From Candidatus Omnitrophota bacterium (GTDB lineage: Bacteria > Omnitrophota > Gorgyraeia > S143-82), in contig WGBD01000004.1 of the NCBI GenBank assembly GCA_015494465.1, forward strand, positions 4,627-68,626: a DNA stretch of 64,000 nt, in the 5' to 3' direction. Numbering within the stretch: the first letter of the stretch is position 1; every line of letters begins with the position of its first letter. Shown in pieces: positions 18,359 through 31,159 of this stretch. The translations under genes were made by a program, and so were the position numbers. The notes beneath the pieces were generated by a model. The model saw only the letters and a list, made by a program, of their open reading frames with translations. It made no database searches and had not been told where the DNA came from.

Positions 18359-19871
18359 ATTCGAGTATGCCAGTTTCCCAGATCTGACGAAGGTGTCTCG
18401 CTTGGGGATAATCCTTTTTGGAGGGATAGGGGACCTCGTTTGCCTGACCTCTGCGCTCCTTCCCTTGCGAAAGGGCCTTCCCCACCTCAAGGTGTTTCTC
18501 CTTTCCAGCCCGATGGCCAGGGATTTCTTCCCCGAGGATCTGGTCGATGATTTGATCGTGGATACCAGGGCCTTTGTCGACCTGGTCAAAGGGGATAGGC
18601 AGATGTTGGTAGTGAATCTCCATTCCACCACCGAGTCTGCCAGGATATCCACCGAGCTACGGAAGGAAGGGGTAGAGGTCTTTGGATTGCTGGCGGGAGA
18701 AGAGGGATTTTACATAAGGGGAGGGGTATTTCACGACATATTGCACCGGGTGTTTTACGTGAGGTTTAGGGATGAGTACATCGCAGGTTGGATGCCTTTG
18801 GGAAGGTCTGCCTTGCTCTCCCTCTGTCTCGGGGGTTGGGGCATAGAGAATCCTGGGGTGAGGATTGCCCCTGCTGGTGATCAGGTCGGTTTCGACCGCT
18901 TCGTAGCCATGGTTCCGGATGCAAATGCGCCCACCAGGATGTGGGTTAAGGGGTATTGGCTTGATTTGGCAGATATGATCTGGAGGGAGTTTGGATTGCC
19001 GACGGTGTTTCTGAGTCGCTTTCCTCTAGAGGGGGAGGATAGGGATTGGGTCCTGGACCTTGGGGGTAAGACTACCTTAGCTCAGGCCTGTGCGGTGGTG
19101 AGCCGAGCGCTTGCGGTGATTTCCAACGATACGGGTATGATGCACATAGCCGGGGCGCTGGGCAAACCCACTCTGGCGGTGTGTGGGCCAAACAATGTGG
19201 GACCGGAGGCAAAGGGGAGATTCCTTTCCATCCGCTACCCGGTAGAGTGTTCGCCCTGTTTTCGATCCCACTGCGATTATCTGGGCTGTATGAAGGGCCT
19301 TCGTCCAGAGTTGGTACTAAGGGCATTTGCGTGTTTCCTAGATGGCAAGTACGAAGATCTGCCTAGAGAGTTGGTGGTAGGGAGTTCGTTTGAAAGGGAC
19401 CTGGACATCTTTTTTGATTATCACCCGTTGGAGGTGCCTTATCGAGATCCTGAAGTGATCTACACGAATCTGCTGCGCTGGGCTTGGATATGGTCCCTGA
19501 TGAGGGAGGAAGGGATAGGACGGGGGATGTTCTCGGGATTTGCTTCCTATTGGAACAGATTCTATTCCTACGATCCCAAAGAGCTGGGCATTCTTCTGGA
19601 ACGCCCTTTCTCCAGATTGCAGGAGATCAGGCATAGTTTGTTGCCGGTTAAAGAAAAGATTGGTATATTAATCAAAAAAGGGGGCGCAATTACCCCAAAG
19701 GTGGCAGGGGGAATCTCGCAGTTGCTGAACGGGTTGCCGAGGGAGCTCCTTTATCCCTGGAATTACGCGATCGGTCCGCAGGATAGGGCGGTGGATCTGC
19801 TCGATAAGGTCCTGGCTCGCGCTAGTTGCATGACGGAGTTTATAAAGGACTATGATAAAATCGGACGCTAA
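18318..19871 (+). CDS. glycosyltransferase family 9 (heptosyltransferase-like) with about 170-aa C-terminal extension
   Basis: GT9 hallmarks (LGIILFGGIGDLV, ISNDTGMMHIAGALGKPTLAVCGP) and a CX2CX4CX4C cluster. The extra C-terminal domain has no recognised family. The start may be later than 18318, which overlaps rex. Confidence 0.75.
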   Translation: MGLTKTANHLHPPRFEYASFPDLTKVSRLGIILFGGIGDLVCLTSALLPLRKGLPHLKVFLLSSPMARDFFPEDLVDDLIVDTRAFVDLVKGDRQMLVVNLHSTTESARISTELRKEGVEVFGLLAGEEGFYIRGGVFHDILHRVFYVRFRDEYIAGWMPLGRSALLSLCLGGWGIENPGVRIAPAGDQVGFDRFVAMVPDANAPTRMWVKGYWLDLADMIWREFGLPTVFLSRFPLEGEDRDWVLDLGGKTTLAQACAVVSRALAVISNDTGMMHIAGALGKPTLAVCGPNNVGPEAKGRFLSIRYPVECSPCFRSHCDYLGCMKGLRPELVLRAFACFLDGKYEDLPRELVVGSSFERDLDIFFDYHPLEVPYRDPEVIYTNLLRWAWIWSLMREEGIGRGMFSGFASYWNRFYSYDPKELGILLERPFSRLQEIRHSLLPVKEKIGILIKKGGAITPKVAGGISQLLNGLPRELLYPWNYAIGPQDRAVDLLDKVLARASCMTEFIKDYDKIGR

Positions 19872-21606
19872 TCTGCTGGGATACTCGCTTTTCTCCTCCC
19901 ATCATCTGCCGGACTGGAGAGATATGGAGTATATCCCCGAACGGATACCTAAAGGCTCTCACCACACTTTCTTGGTCTCGGGCAGTGGTGGAGAAGATGT
20001 GAGCCTTGCTTGTGTTCTCCCTTTATTGAAGGGAAAAAATCCCCGTCGGGTGATATGGGTCTACACTAACGCTAAAAGTGCACCCCTCTTTGAGAACAAC
20101 CCTGCAGTGGATAGGGTAGAGGTGATTCCGATGGAGAGGTGGGCTGGGATGCTCTGGGATGAAGCCCAGTCCGAGATGGAAGAGTGGATTGCTCACCATC
20201 GTCCCCGCATGGGATGGGTGTGCAACATCTCTGGCGATCCGTTCTTTGCTTTGATCGCCAGGCTAATTGGTAAAGGAAGGGTCTTTGGGTTGATCATGGA
20301 CGAGCGGGGCAGGCCTGTGGTCATCGGGAACAGGTGGATGCAATTTACTATGGAGGTCTTTTACCCCGAGCTCTGTGACGGTCTCCTGAACGAGTACAAT
20401 CTCTTCAACAAACGACAACTACTGGCCCTATCCTTGGGGGAGTCCTGGAGGAGCAAAGATGTTTTGCCCTTCTACATCCACCAGGCCTGGGACAAACCCA
20501 TCCCTGAATGGATGTCTGGGGGATACATCCTAGTAAGCCCCGGTTCTCCACTGCCCACGAGGCGCTGGGACTGCTCCAAGTGGAGGAACCTTTTAGAGAG
20601 GATCTGGAACGAATACCACGTCAGATTGGTGGTCTTGGTAGATGAAACCTGTGAGGAATTTGCGAGTTTAGGGGAATCGGAGGGTGTAGAGGTAATTCCT
20701 ATAGCAAGCCTAGATGAACTTGCCTATCTTATGGCTAGGGCCAAGATGATGCTCTCGGTGCACAACGAGTTGATACATCTGGCCTCTGCGGTGGGATTGC
20801 CGACTATGGTCATATGCGGACCCAGAAACGAGGGCCCGGAATTTGGGGGTATTCACCTCTCTCTTAGAAAAGATGTGCCTTGTGCCCCTTGTAATCTTTC
20901 CTCTTGCCCGAGGATGTACTGTATGGACAGTCTCACGGTCGAGGATGTGTTTTCTATATTCAAATACCATTGGAAGGCGATAGGCGACGGGGCCTTTGAT
21001 CTGGCAGAGGCAAAACACTATAGCTTGGGTCTTAAGGATGTGGTCTTGGAAGTCTCGGATCCTCGATTGCCAGATTTCGTCTATAGTTATGTGCCGGTAT
21101 CTGGAGACTGTACTTCTGAAGTGATCCACAGGATCTCCCGATTGGCTTATGTTTGGGTCTGGAATAGATCGAATAGGTATCTGTTGGGTGAAGAAGTGGA
21201 CATAGGATTCGACGAGTGCGTTGATTGGGCAATAACCAAGGATGTGGTGTGGGAGGAATTTGAATCGGCAATAAAGTCGCAAATTAGGATGCTAAAGGAG
21301 TGGGAGCAGAAGCTGTCGTTACTGGTGATGCGATTGCGAGAGTTGTTTCCTCCCTTCCCCAAGTCCTTGTTTAAAAGAGCGCCGATGGATCCTGAGAACC
21401 TCTGGAACTCTTTGGAAAACTTCGACCAGACACTACCCTCTCTGCTTCGTAAACTGCACTGTGATAGACCCGATCCCGGGGCCCCTTTTGCCCAGCGCAT
21501 TCGTGATTGGATAGAGATAAAGAGTGACCTCTTGCGTTTTATTCGGGAATATCGGGGATTCCTAGAAAGGTTCCTTTTTTCCAAAGGCCCTCATCCCCAG
21601 AAATAG
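19852..21606 (+). CDS. glycosyltransferase family 9 (heptosyltransferase-like) paralog with about 220-aa C-terminal extension
   Basis: GT9 motifs (VHNELIHLASAVGLPTMVICGP) and the same CX2CX4CX4C spacing. The C-terminal W-rich segment (LAYVWVWNRSN) parallels LRWAWIWSLMRE in the upstream paralog. Confidence 0.7.
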   Translation: MIKSDANLLGYSLFSSHHLPDWRDMEYIPERIPKGSHHTFLVSGSGGEDVSLACVLPLLKGKNPRRVIWVYTNAKSAPLFENNPAVDRVEVIPMERWAGMLWDEAQSEMEEWIAHHRPRMGWVCNISGDPFFALIARLIGKGRVFGLIMDERGRPVVIGNRWMQFTMEVFYPELCDGLLNEYNLFNKRQLLALSLGESWRSKDVLPFYIHQAWDKPIPEWMSGGYILVSPGSPLPTRRWDCSKWRNLLERIWNEYHVRLVVLVDETCEEFASLGESEGVEVIPIASLDELAYLMARAKMMLSVHNELIHLASAVGLPTMVICGPRNEGPEFGGIHLSLRKDVPCAPCNLSSCPRMYCMDSLTVEDVFSIFKYHWKAIGDGAFDLAEAKHYSLGLKDVVLEVSDPRLPDFVYSYVPVSGDCTSEVIHRISRLAYVWVWNRSNRYLLGEEVDIGFDECVDWAITKDVVWEEFESAIKSQIRMLKEWEQKLSLLVMRLRELFPPFPKSLFKRAPMDPENLWNSLENFDQTLPSLLRKLHCDRPDPGAPFAQRIRDWIEIKSDLLRFIREYRGFLERFLFSKGPHPQK

Positions 21607-21654
21607 GGGGGTAGATCTGGGTTGGTTCCTGTTTTGGGCTTTCTCCAATCTATG

Positions 21655-21663
21655 TGGTATAAT
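21655..21663 (+). promoter_or_regulatory. extended -10 promoter element (TGgTATAAT) upstream of alaS
   Basis: Seen directly, 35 nt upstream of the alaS ATG. No good -35, so this would be an extended -10 type. Confidence 0.3.
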
Positions 21664-21698
21664 ATCCATTCCGTTGCTTTGGGGTAGGAGTAAGAGAC

Positions 21699-24353
21699 AT
21701 GTTTACCACGGATAAGTTGCGAGAAAGCTTCTTGCAGTTTTTCGCCTCCAAGGGACACAAGGTGGTTCCCTCCGACAGCCTTGTGCCTGCAGACGATCCC
21801 ACGGTGCTGTTCACCAGTGCGGGGATGAACCAGTTCAAGCCCCAGTTTATGGGGCACATCACCGATTTTACTCGGGCTACTTCTTGTCAGAAGTGCCTGC
21901 GGACCGACGATCTGCCCCAGGTGGGCAAGACCCCTTATCATCACACCTTCTTTGAGATGTTGGGGAATTTCTCCTTTGGGGACTACTTCAAGGAGGAGGC
22001 GATCACCTGGGCCTGGGAGTACCTGACGGAAGTATTGGGGATAGATCCGGACAGACTGTGGGTGTCCGTGCACAAGGACGACGAGGAGGCCTACGCGATA
22101 TGGAGGGATAAGATCGGTGTCCCTGAACACAAGATAGCTCGCCTTGGAGACAAGACCAACTTCTGGCCCTCTAATGCGATTGTAGAGGGACCAAACGGAC
22201 CTTGCGGACCGTGTTCGGAGATATTCTTTGATCAAGGACCGGAGTTCTCTGCCTATGCTGGAGAGCACAGGTGCGGTCCGGACTGCGACTGCGGGAGGTT
22301 TGCAGAGATATGGAATCTGGTCTTTACCCAGTTCGATCGGCGGGATGGGGGGGTACTTGAGCCCCTTCCCCAGAAGAACATAGATACCGGTATGGGACTA
22401 GAGCGGATCTCCGCGGTGATGCAGGGAAAGAGGAGCAATTTTGAGATAGACACCTTCGTGCCCATCGTCGAGGAGATATTGCGCTTGGCGGGCAAGTCCC
22501 GCAAGGATGTGGATCTCTCCAAGGTCTATTCCATTGCAGACCACATCCGTGCAGTCACCTTCGCGATAGGAGACGGTGTTATCCCCTCCAACGAGGGTCG
22601 GGGCTATGTCGTCCGCAAGCTCATAAGAAAGTCGGTCTGGCATCTTCAGGAATTGGGGGGCAAGCGCGGGCTGGCAAGGTTGGTGCCGGTGGTAGCCGAG
22701 GTCATGAAAAGGCCCTATCCGGAGGTGAAGGAGAGGCAGGACGTAATAGCGGGTATGATAAGTGCAGAGGAGGAGAGATTCCTGCGGACCCTGGAGGTGG
22801 GCCTAAATAGGATCTCCGAGGAGATAGAACGCCACAAGCGCGAGGGCAAAAAGACCCTTTCCGGTGAGGTGTGCTTCCTCCTCTACGACACCTATGGGTT
22901 TCCTCTGGAGATGAGCAGGGCCATAGCCGAGCAAGAGGGTTTGGAGGTGGACGAGGAAGGGTTCAACGCCCAGATGGAGGAGCAGAGGAAGAGGTCCCAG
23001 GCCTCTGCCAAGACCTTGGACGACATCTTCGCTTATCGGAATCTGCGCGAGGTGGGGCGGGGGATGTGCTTTGTGGGATACGATCGTCTGTCGGTGGAGA
23101 CGAGCATAAGGGCTATATTAAGGAACGACGACATATTAGGGTCTGTCAAGGCAGGGGAGGAGGTGGACATCGTATTGGAGGACTGTCCCTTCTACGGTGA
23201 GGCAGGTGGCCAGATCGGGGATACCGGTTGGATATCCTCTGCGGATGGGCGCGCGAGGGTGGTTGATACCTATCGAGTTGGAGATGTGGTGGTCTGTAAG
23301 GCAAGGGTCGAGGATGGTGTCCTGCGGGCTGGAGATAAGGTAAAGGCAGAGGTGGATATTGAGAGGAGGAAGGCCATTGCCCGGCATCACACCGCCACCC
23401 ACCTCCTGCAGTCCGCCCTGCGCAGGGTCTTGGGCGATCACATCCGTCAGGCAGGTTCGTTGGTGGCACCGGATAGGTTGCGATTTGACTTCACCCACTT
23501 TCAGGCTATAACCGAGGAAGAGTTGCGGAAGATAGAGGACCTCGTCAACCGCTGGATAATGGAGAACTATCGGGTGGAGAAGATAGAGACCACCTTGGAG
23601 AAGGCCAAGGAGATGGGGGCCCTTGCCTTCTTTGGGGAAAAGTACGGAGAGATCGTCAGGGTGATAAAGATAGATAGGATCTCTTGTGAACTCTGTGGTG
23701 GCACCCATGTGGACTGGACCGGGCAGTTGGGTGTGTTCACCATAATTAGCGAGCGCTCGGTCTCAAGCGGGGTGAGGCGTATTGAGGCACTCAGCGGTAT
23801 GCCCGCCTGGAACCTCTTGCGGGAGAACAAGGCAATCGTGGAGGAGTTGAAGGATGTCCTAAAGTGCGAGGTCGGTTCCATAATCCCGACGGTAAGGGAC
23901 CTTGCGGGTAAGGTGCGGAAGTTGGAGAAGGAGTTGGAGCGGTTGTCCGCCAAGGAGCGAGCAGGGGAGCTCCTCGGTCGATTGAAGAGAGAGGAATTAG
24001 ACGGAATAAGGGTATTTTCCGGCCTTTTGGATGGGGCGGATCTGCCTGCCTTGCGCTCACTCTGGGATCAAATCAAGGCACAGGATCCTTCCGCTGTGGT
24101 CCTACTCGGGGGCATTGCCAATGGAAAGGCCCAGATGCTCCTGGCCTGCACCAGGGATCTGGCGAAGAGACTGGATATGCGCAAGATCCTGGAGGATCTA
24201 AAGGAGGTTATTCCCCTTTCTGGCGGTGGACGGCCCGATTTCGTGCAGGTAGGGATAAAGGGACCTGTGGAGGACTTCAGGCGGAATTGGGATGTCTTGA
24301 AGGATAAGGCCGTCTCCGGGATTGCCCGTTTACAGGCCGGCACCCGTAGTTAG
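21699..24353 (+). CDS. alaS: alanine--tRNA ligase
   Basis: 884 aa with class II aaRS motifs, editing domain and C-terminal DHHA1-like region. Strongly recognisable throughout. Confidence 0.95.
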   Translation: MFTTDKLRESFLQFFASKGHKVVPSDSLVPADDPTVLFTSAGMNQFKPQFMGHITDFTRATSCQKCLRTDDLPQVGKTPYHHTFFEMLGNFSFGDYFKEEAITWAWEYLTEVLGIDPDRLWVSVHKDDEEAYAIWRDKIGVPEHKIARLGDKTNFWPSNAIVEGPNGPCGPCSEIFFDQGPEFSAYAGEHRCGPDCDCGRFAEIWNLVFTQFDRRDGGVLEPLPQKNIDTGMGLERISAVMQGKRSNFEIDTFVPIVEEILRLAGKSRKDVDLSKVYSIADHIRAVTFAIGDGVIPSNEGRGYVVRKLIRKSVWHLQELGGKRGLARLVPVVAEVMKRPYPEVKERQDVIAGMISAEEERFLRTLEVGLNRISEEIERHKREGKKTLSGEVCFLLYDTYGFPLEMSRAIAEQEGLEVDEEGFNAQMEEQRKRSQASAKTLDDIFAYRNLREVGRGMCFVGYDRLSVETSIRAILRNDDILGSVKAGEEVDIVLEDCPFYGEAGGQIGDTGWISSADGRARVVDTYRVGDVVVCKARVEDGVLRAGDKVKAEVDIERRKAIARHHTATHLLQSALRRVLGDHIRQAGSLVAPDRLRFDFTHFQAITEEELRKIEDLVNRWIMENYRVEKIETTLEKAKEMGALAFFGEKYGEIVRVIKIDRISCELCGGTHVDWTGQLGVFTIISERSVSSGVRRIEALSGMPAWNLLRENKAIVEELKDVLKCEVGSIIPTVRDLAGKVRKLEKELERLSAKERAGELLGRLKREELDGIRVFSGLLDGADLPALRSLWDQIKAQDPSAVVLLGGIANGKAQMLLACTRDLAKRLDMRKILEDLKEVIPLSGGGRPDFVQVGIKGPVEDFRRNWDVLKDKAVSGIARLQAGTRS

Positions 24354-24368
24354 TTTACTAAATAAGGC

Positions 24369-25589
24369 ATGAAGATCGTCAGGAAGATAAATAAGGAATT
24401 TCTGGAGTCGGTCAGGATATCGCTGCCCTCCCGCAGCGTAAGGGATAGGGTTTCCAAGATCCTCTCCGAGATAGAACGCGGTGGGGACGAGGCCCTACTG
24501 AAATTCACGGAAAAGTTTGACAAGGTCCGTCTGACCGCCCGGCAGATGAGAGTCTCGGAAGGGGAGGTCTCTTCTGCCTTCCAGAAGGTGGGTAAGGAGT
24601 TTATCGTTGCACTGAAGACCGCGATAGAGAATGTGAGTGAGTTCTATCGCCGGCAGATAGAGAAATCCTGGAAACTGCGCAGGCCAAACGGAGCAGTGGT
24701 TGGGGAGAGGATAGTCCCTCTGGAGAGGGTTGGGGTATATGTTCCCGGTGGACAGAGCCCGTTGATATCCTCGGTGTACATGGCGGTGGTCCCGGCCAAG
24801 ATAGCCGGGGTGAAAGAGATATATCTGGCTACGCCTCCGGATCCTGAGGGCTATGTTAATCCCTACATATTGGTGGTTGCGAGCCTCTTGAAGGTCAACG
24901 GCGTCTTCAAGATGGGTGGGGCCCAAGCGATAGGGGCCTTCGCCTACGGGACCAAGACCGTGCCTAAGGTGGACAAGATAGTCGGTCCGGGGAATCAGTA
25001 CGTGACCGAGGCCAAACGGCAGGTGTTCGGTCTGGTGGACATCGACCTCCTGGCAGGCCCCAGCGAGGTGGTGATAGTAGCCAATCAGTACACGCCAGTC
25101 GAATACGTTATAGCGGACATGAAGGCACAGGCAGAGCACGTGGGCGGGAGGGCAATACTGCTCACCACCTCCAAGAAGATGGCAAGAGAGGTGCGAAGGA
25201 GGATACCGGAAGTGGACGGGTTTATAATGGTGGTCAGGAACCTCGAGGAGGCGGTGGACATCGCCAACAAGATAGCACCCGAACACCTTGAACTTCTGGT
25301 GAAGAACTCCATGCCCCTCTTGAAACGGGTAACCAACGCCGGGGCGGTGTTCGTGGGCCCCTATTCCCCTACTGCATTGGGAGATTACTTCGCAGGTCCA
25401 AGTCACATCCTGCCCACCGGTGGGACCGCACGGATGTTCTCTGGGCTGTCCTTGAGCGATTTTTACAAGCGGATTCATCTCATATCCTACACCCGCAGGG
25501 CCCTTGAGGAGGCAAGGCCTGTGGTGGAGATGATAGCTGGGTTGGAGGGTATGACCGAGCACGTTGATTCGGTGAGGGTGAGACACTGA
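24369..25589 (+). CDS. hisD: histidinol dehydrogenase
   Basis: 406 aa with HisD pattern (GxQSPLIS, DxxAGPSE, AEHL). RBS upstream. Confidence 0.9.
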   Translation: MKIVRKINKEFLESVRISLPSRSVRDRVSKILSEIERGGDEALLKFTEKFDKVRLTARQMRVSEGEVSSAFQKVGKEFIVALKTAIENVSEFYRRQIEKSWKLRRPNGAVVGERIVPLERVGVYVPGGQSPLISSVYMAVVPAKIAGVKEIYLATPPDPEGYVNPYILVVASLLKVNGVFKMGGAQAIGAFAYGTKTVPKVDKIVGPGNQYVTEAKRQVFGLVDIDLLAGPSEVVIVANQYTPVEYVIADMKAQAEHVGGRAILLTTSKKMAREVRRRIPEVDGFIMVVRNLEEAVDIANKIAPEHLELLVKNSMPLLKRVTNAGAVFVGPYSPTALGDYFAGPSHILPTGGTARMFSGLSLSDFYKRIHLISYTRRALEEARPVVEMIAGLEGMTEHVDSVRVRH

Positions 25590-25602
25590 GAGGGGGGCGG
25601 AG

Positions 25603-26376
25603 ATGAAGACCGGATTCGTGATAATAGCCAGGCTCAAGTCCAGCAGACTTCCTCTGAAGTTGCTGATGGACCTGAAAGGCAAGAAGATAGTTGAATGGGT
25701 GATAGAGAGGGCGATGACCCTCAAGGGGATCTCCGAGATAATCCTCTGCACCTCCACCAACCCTCAGGACTATCCTCTCGTGGAGATCGCCTTGGAGCAC
25801 GGTATCTACTACTTTGCCGGTTCCGAGGTGGACGTGCTGGATAGGATGTACCACGCAAGTCGTCTTTTCTCCCTTGATTATGTGGTGGGTATCACCGGGG
25901 AGAACCCCCTCTTTTGCCGTTATCACGCCCAGAGGGTGATAGACTTGGCCCGAAGGGGGGAGTTCGATTACATAAAGATAGATGGTCTGCCCTTGGGCAC
26001 TGCGGTCTTCTGCGTGAGCTTCTCAGCCCTTGAAAAGGTCGTTAAAGCAAAAGGCGATTACGCGGATACCGAGATATGGGGTGCCTTCTTCGACCGGCCG
26101 GATGTCTTCAAGGTGAAAACCTTGGAGGTGAACCAGGAGTTGAAGAGGCCCAGTTATCGATTGACCCTTGATTACCCGGAGGACTACAAGTTCCTAAGGC
26201 ACATATTCAACGAGGTCCCCTTTGAACACCTCATGGACCTCTCCGCAGTGATAGAGTACATAGACAGCAATCCGTCCATACTGGAATTAAACCGCTATGT
26301 GGAACAAAGGAGCCTATCGGAGGAGCAGTTGGCCAAGATAGATGAGATAGTAAACCAAATCAAGGACGGCTCCTGA
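25603..26376 (+). CDS. sugar-nucleotide cytidylyltransferase family protein (NeuA/KdsB/SpsF-like)
   Basis: 257 aa. N-terminal IIARLKSSRLPLK nucleotide-binding motif typical of the CTP_transf_3 family. Confidence 0.75.
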   Translation: MKTGFVIIARLKSSRLPLKLLMDLKGKKIVEWVIERAMTLKGISEIILCTSTNPQDYPLVEIALEHGIYYFAGSEVDVLDRMYHASRLFSLDYVVGITGENPLFCRYHAQRVIDLARRGEFDYIKIDGLPLGTAVFCVSFSALEKVVKAKGDYADTEIWGAFFDRPDVFKVKTLEVNQELKRPSYRLTLDYPEDYKFLRHIFNEVPFEHLMDLSAVIEYIDSNPSILELNRYVEQRSLSEEQLAKIDEIVNQIKDGS

Positions 26377-26387
26377 GGAGGGTATAG

Positions 26388-28253
26388 ATGGCCGATTGCC
26401 TTGTAGAGATATACACCGAGGAATTGCCCGCTTCCTATGTAGGTGGAATCGTTGCCTTTGGCAGGAAGTTCTTCCGCAGGACCTTTAAGGGCAAGGTGGA
26501 TGTCTACGGCACCTGCAGGCGGATAGTGGTCTTGGGCAGGGACCTTTCCGGCTTTACCCCACCTGAGCTGGAGAGTGCACTTCTCGATTTCTTGAAACAG
26601 GTCCCTCTGCCCAAGCGTATGCGCTGGGACGACTCCGGCCTGGAGTTTGCCCGGCCTGTAAGGGCTCTGCTCGTATTGAGAGGAGAAGAGGTCCTGGCCC
26701 TTAGATTGGGGAATGTCTCGTCCGCCAACATCACCTTTTACCTCGATCCCAAGACCTTGCTCAGGAAGGAGAAGGAGGTCCATTCCGTATCCGAGTATCT
26801 GGAGTTCCTCGCCTCCTTGGGCATCGTATTGGATCAGGAGAGGCGCAAGCAGGTGATAGTGGAGCGACTAAAGGCCCTATGTGAAGAGCGGTCTGCCATA
26901 GCCAATCTCGACGAGGCCCTCTTGGAGGAGGTGACTTATCTGGTTGAGGCACCCTATCTATTCGTCGGTCAGTTTGAGGAAAGGTTCTTGGAACTACCTC
27001 CCGAGGTGCTCATCAGCAGTATGGCCCGAAATCAGAAACTATTTACTATGTCCTACCCCGACGGTAGGATGGCCCCGTACTTCGTCGGGGTCTTGGAGGG
27101 GCAGGGCAGGCCTGACTTCGACTTCTCCAAGGTGGTTAAAAGGGTCCAGTCGGTCCTGTCCGCGAAGCTGGCGGATGCCCTGTTCTTCTGGGAAGAGGAC
27201 AAGAAGGTCCCTCTCCGCCAGCGGGCTAAGGATCTGGACAGGGTGATACTCCACGAAAAGATAGGTTCGCTTAGGAACAAGTTGGAGAAGATGAAGGCCT
27301 TGGCAGATCCCCTTGCGCGGATGGTGGGGTTGTCCGGTCCTGAGAAGGAAAAACTGCTCACCGCGATAGAACTGTCCAAGGCGGATCTGGAGACCCTTAT
27401 GGTCTACGAGTTCCCGGAACTGGAAGGGATAATGGGGTATCACTACGCCCGGGCGCAGGGGATAGACGAGGACATCGCCTTGGCCATCCGGGACCACCGC
27501 AGGCCGGTCAACTTTGAGGACGACCTGCCTGATTCGAGGCTGGCAAGATTGCTCGGAGTGTTGGAAAGGGTATCGGACATTACCGCCTACTTCAAGGCGG
27601 GACTGAAGCCCAGCGGGAGTGAAGACCCGTTTGCGGTCAGGCGTATGGTGCTTACCCTCATCAAGTTGGTGTTGAACATGCCCGAGGCGGTTGACCTTGA
27701 CAGTCTGTTTCGCGAGAGTATAAAATTATGGGAATGCAACGATCGCGTTCTCGTCGAGATAGAGGATTACTTCAAGGATAGGGTGATCGCGTACCTCCGG
27801 GATAGGGGGATCCGGAGCGACATAGCCTCTGCAGTGTGGCGACGCTGGCGGTTGAATCTCAAAAAGGCGATGGAGACGGGTAAATCCCTCAGTAAGATTG
27901 CCAAGACCAAGGAGTTTCAGGATACGGTGAAGGTTCTGGAACGGACCTATAAGATAGTCAAGAAGGTGGATCGTTCGTCTCTGCCTCAGGTGGATCCGTC
28001 CCTCTTTCAGACCTCTCAGGAAGAGGCCCTGTGGAAGACCTTTCAGTCGGTCAAGTCCGAGTTTGATTCCAATCTCGCTTCCGGGGATGTTGCCGGTGCG
28101 GTAAGGGCCTATTCCTCTCTGGCAGGTCCTATACACGACTTCTTCAGCGAGGTTATGGTCAATGTGGAGGACGAGAAGATACGCGCCAATCGGATGGCGA
28201 TGATGTGGGAGATAAACAAGGCGTTTAGTGAGAAACTGGCAGAGTTCTTTTAA
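26388..28253 (+). CDS. glyS: glycine--tRNA ligase beta subunit
   Basis: 621 aa. N-terminus (LVEIYTEELPA) and overall pattern match the tetrameric-type GlyRS beta subunit. No glyQ directly adjacent. Confidence 0.85.
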   Translation: MADCLVEIYTEELPASYVGGIVAFGRKFFRRTFKGKVDVYGTCRRIVVLGRDLSGFTPPELESALLDFLKQVPLPKRMRWDDSGLEFARPVRALLVLRGEEVLALRLGNVSSANITFYLDPKTLLRKEKEVHSVSEYLEFLASLGIVLDQERRKQVIVERLKALCEERSAIANLDEALLEEVTYLVEAPYLFVGQFEERFLELPPEVLISSMARNQKLFTMSYPDGRMAPYFVGVLEGQGRPDFDFSKVVKRVQSVLSAKLADALFFWEEDKKVPLRQRAKDLDRVILHEKIGSLRNKLEKMKALADPLARMVGLSGPEKEKLLTAIELSKADLETLMVYEFPELEGIMGYHYARAQGIDEDIALAIRDHRRPVNFEDDLPDSRLARLLGVLERVSDITAYFKAGLKPSGSEDPFAVRRMVLTLIKLVLNMPEAVDLDSLFRESIKLWECNDRVLVEIEDYFKDRVIAYLRDRGIRSDIASAVWRRWRLNLKKAMETGKSLSKIAKTKEFQDTVKVLERTYKIVKKVDRSSLPQVDPSLFQTSQEEALWKTFQSVKSEFDSNLASGDVAGAVRAYSSLAGPIHDFFSEVMVNVEDEKIRANRMAMMWEINKAFSEKLAEFF

Positions 28254-28265
28254 CCCAAAGGAGGA

Positions 28266-31001
<2,736 letters not shown>

Positions 31002-31030
31002 GGGCGCTTGAGAGAGGTGTAGACGATCCG

Positions 31031-31066
31031 AAAGGGGGAGCTTAATCGCTCCCCCTTTCTTGTTTC
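31031..31066 (+). terminator. rho-independent terminator after ppdK
   Basis: Perfect 11-bp GC-rich stem AAAGGGGGAGC / GCTCCCCCTTT with a 6-nt loop, followed by CTTGTTTCG. Confidence 0.7.
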
Positions 31067-31159
31067 GCAACGGGCTTGGCTTTGCCGGGGTTAGAGGGTA
31101 AAATTTAGTATTCTCTGGCGAGAAGAAGGCTGGTTTGTCATTTGTGAAGGGAGGCCCGT

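Noticed and set aside
24495-25760. 421-aa minus-strand ORF
   Set aside because: Antisense to hisD and the cytidylyltransferase gene. His/Pro/Leu-rich, no recognisable features.
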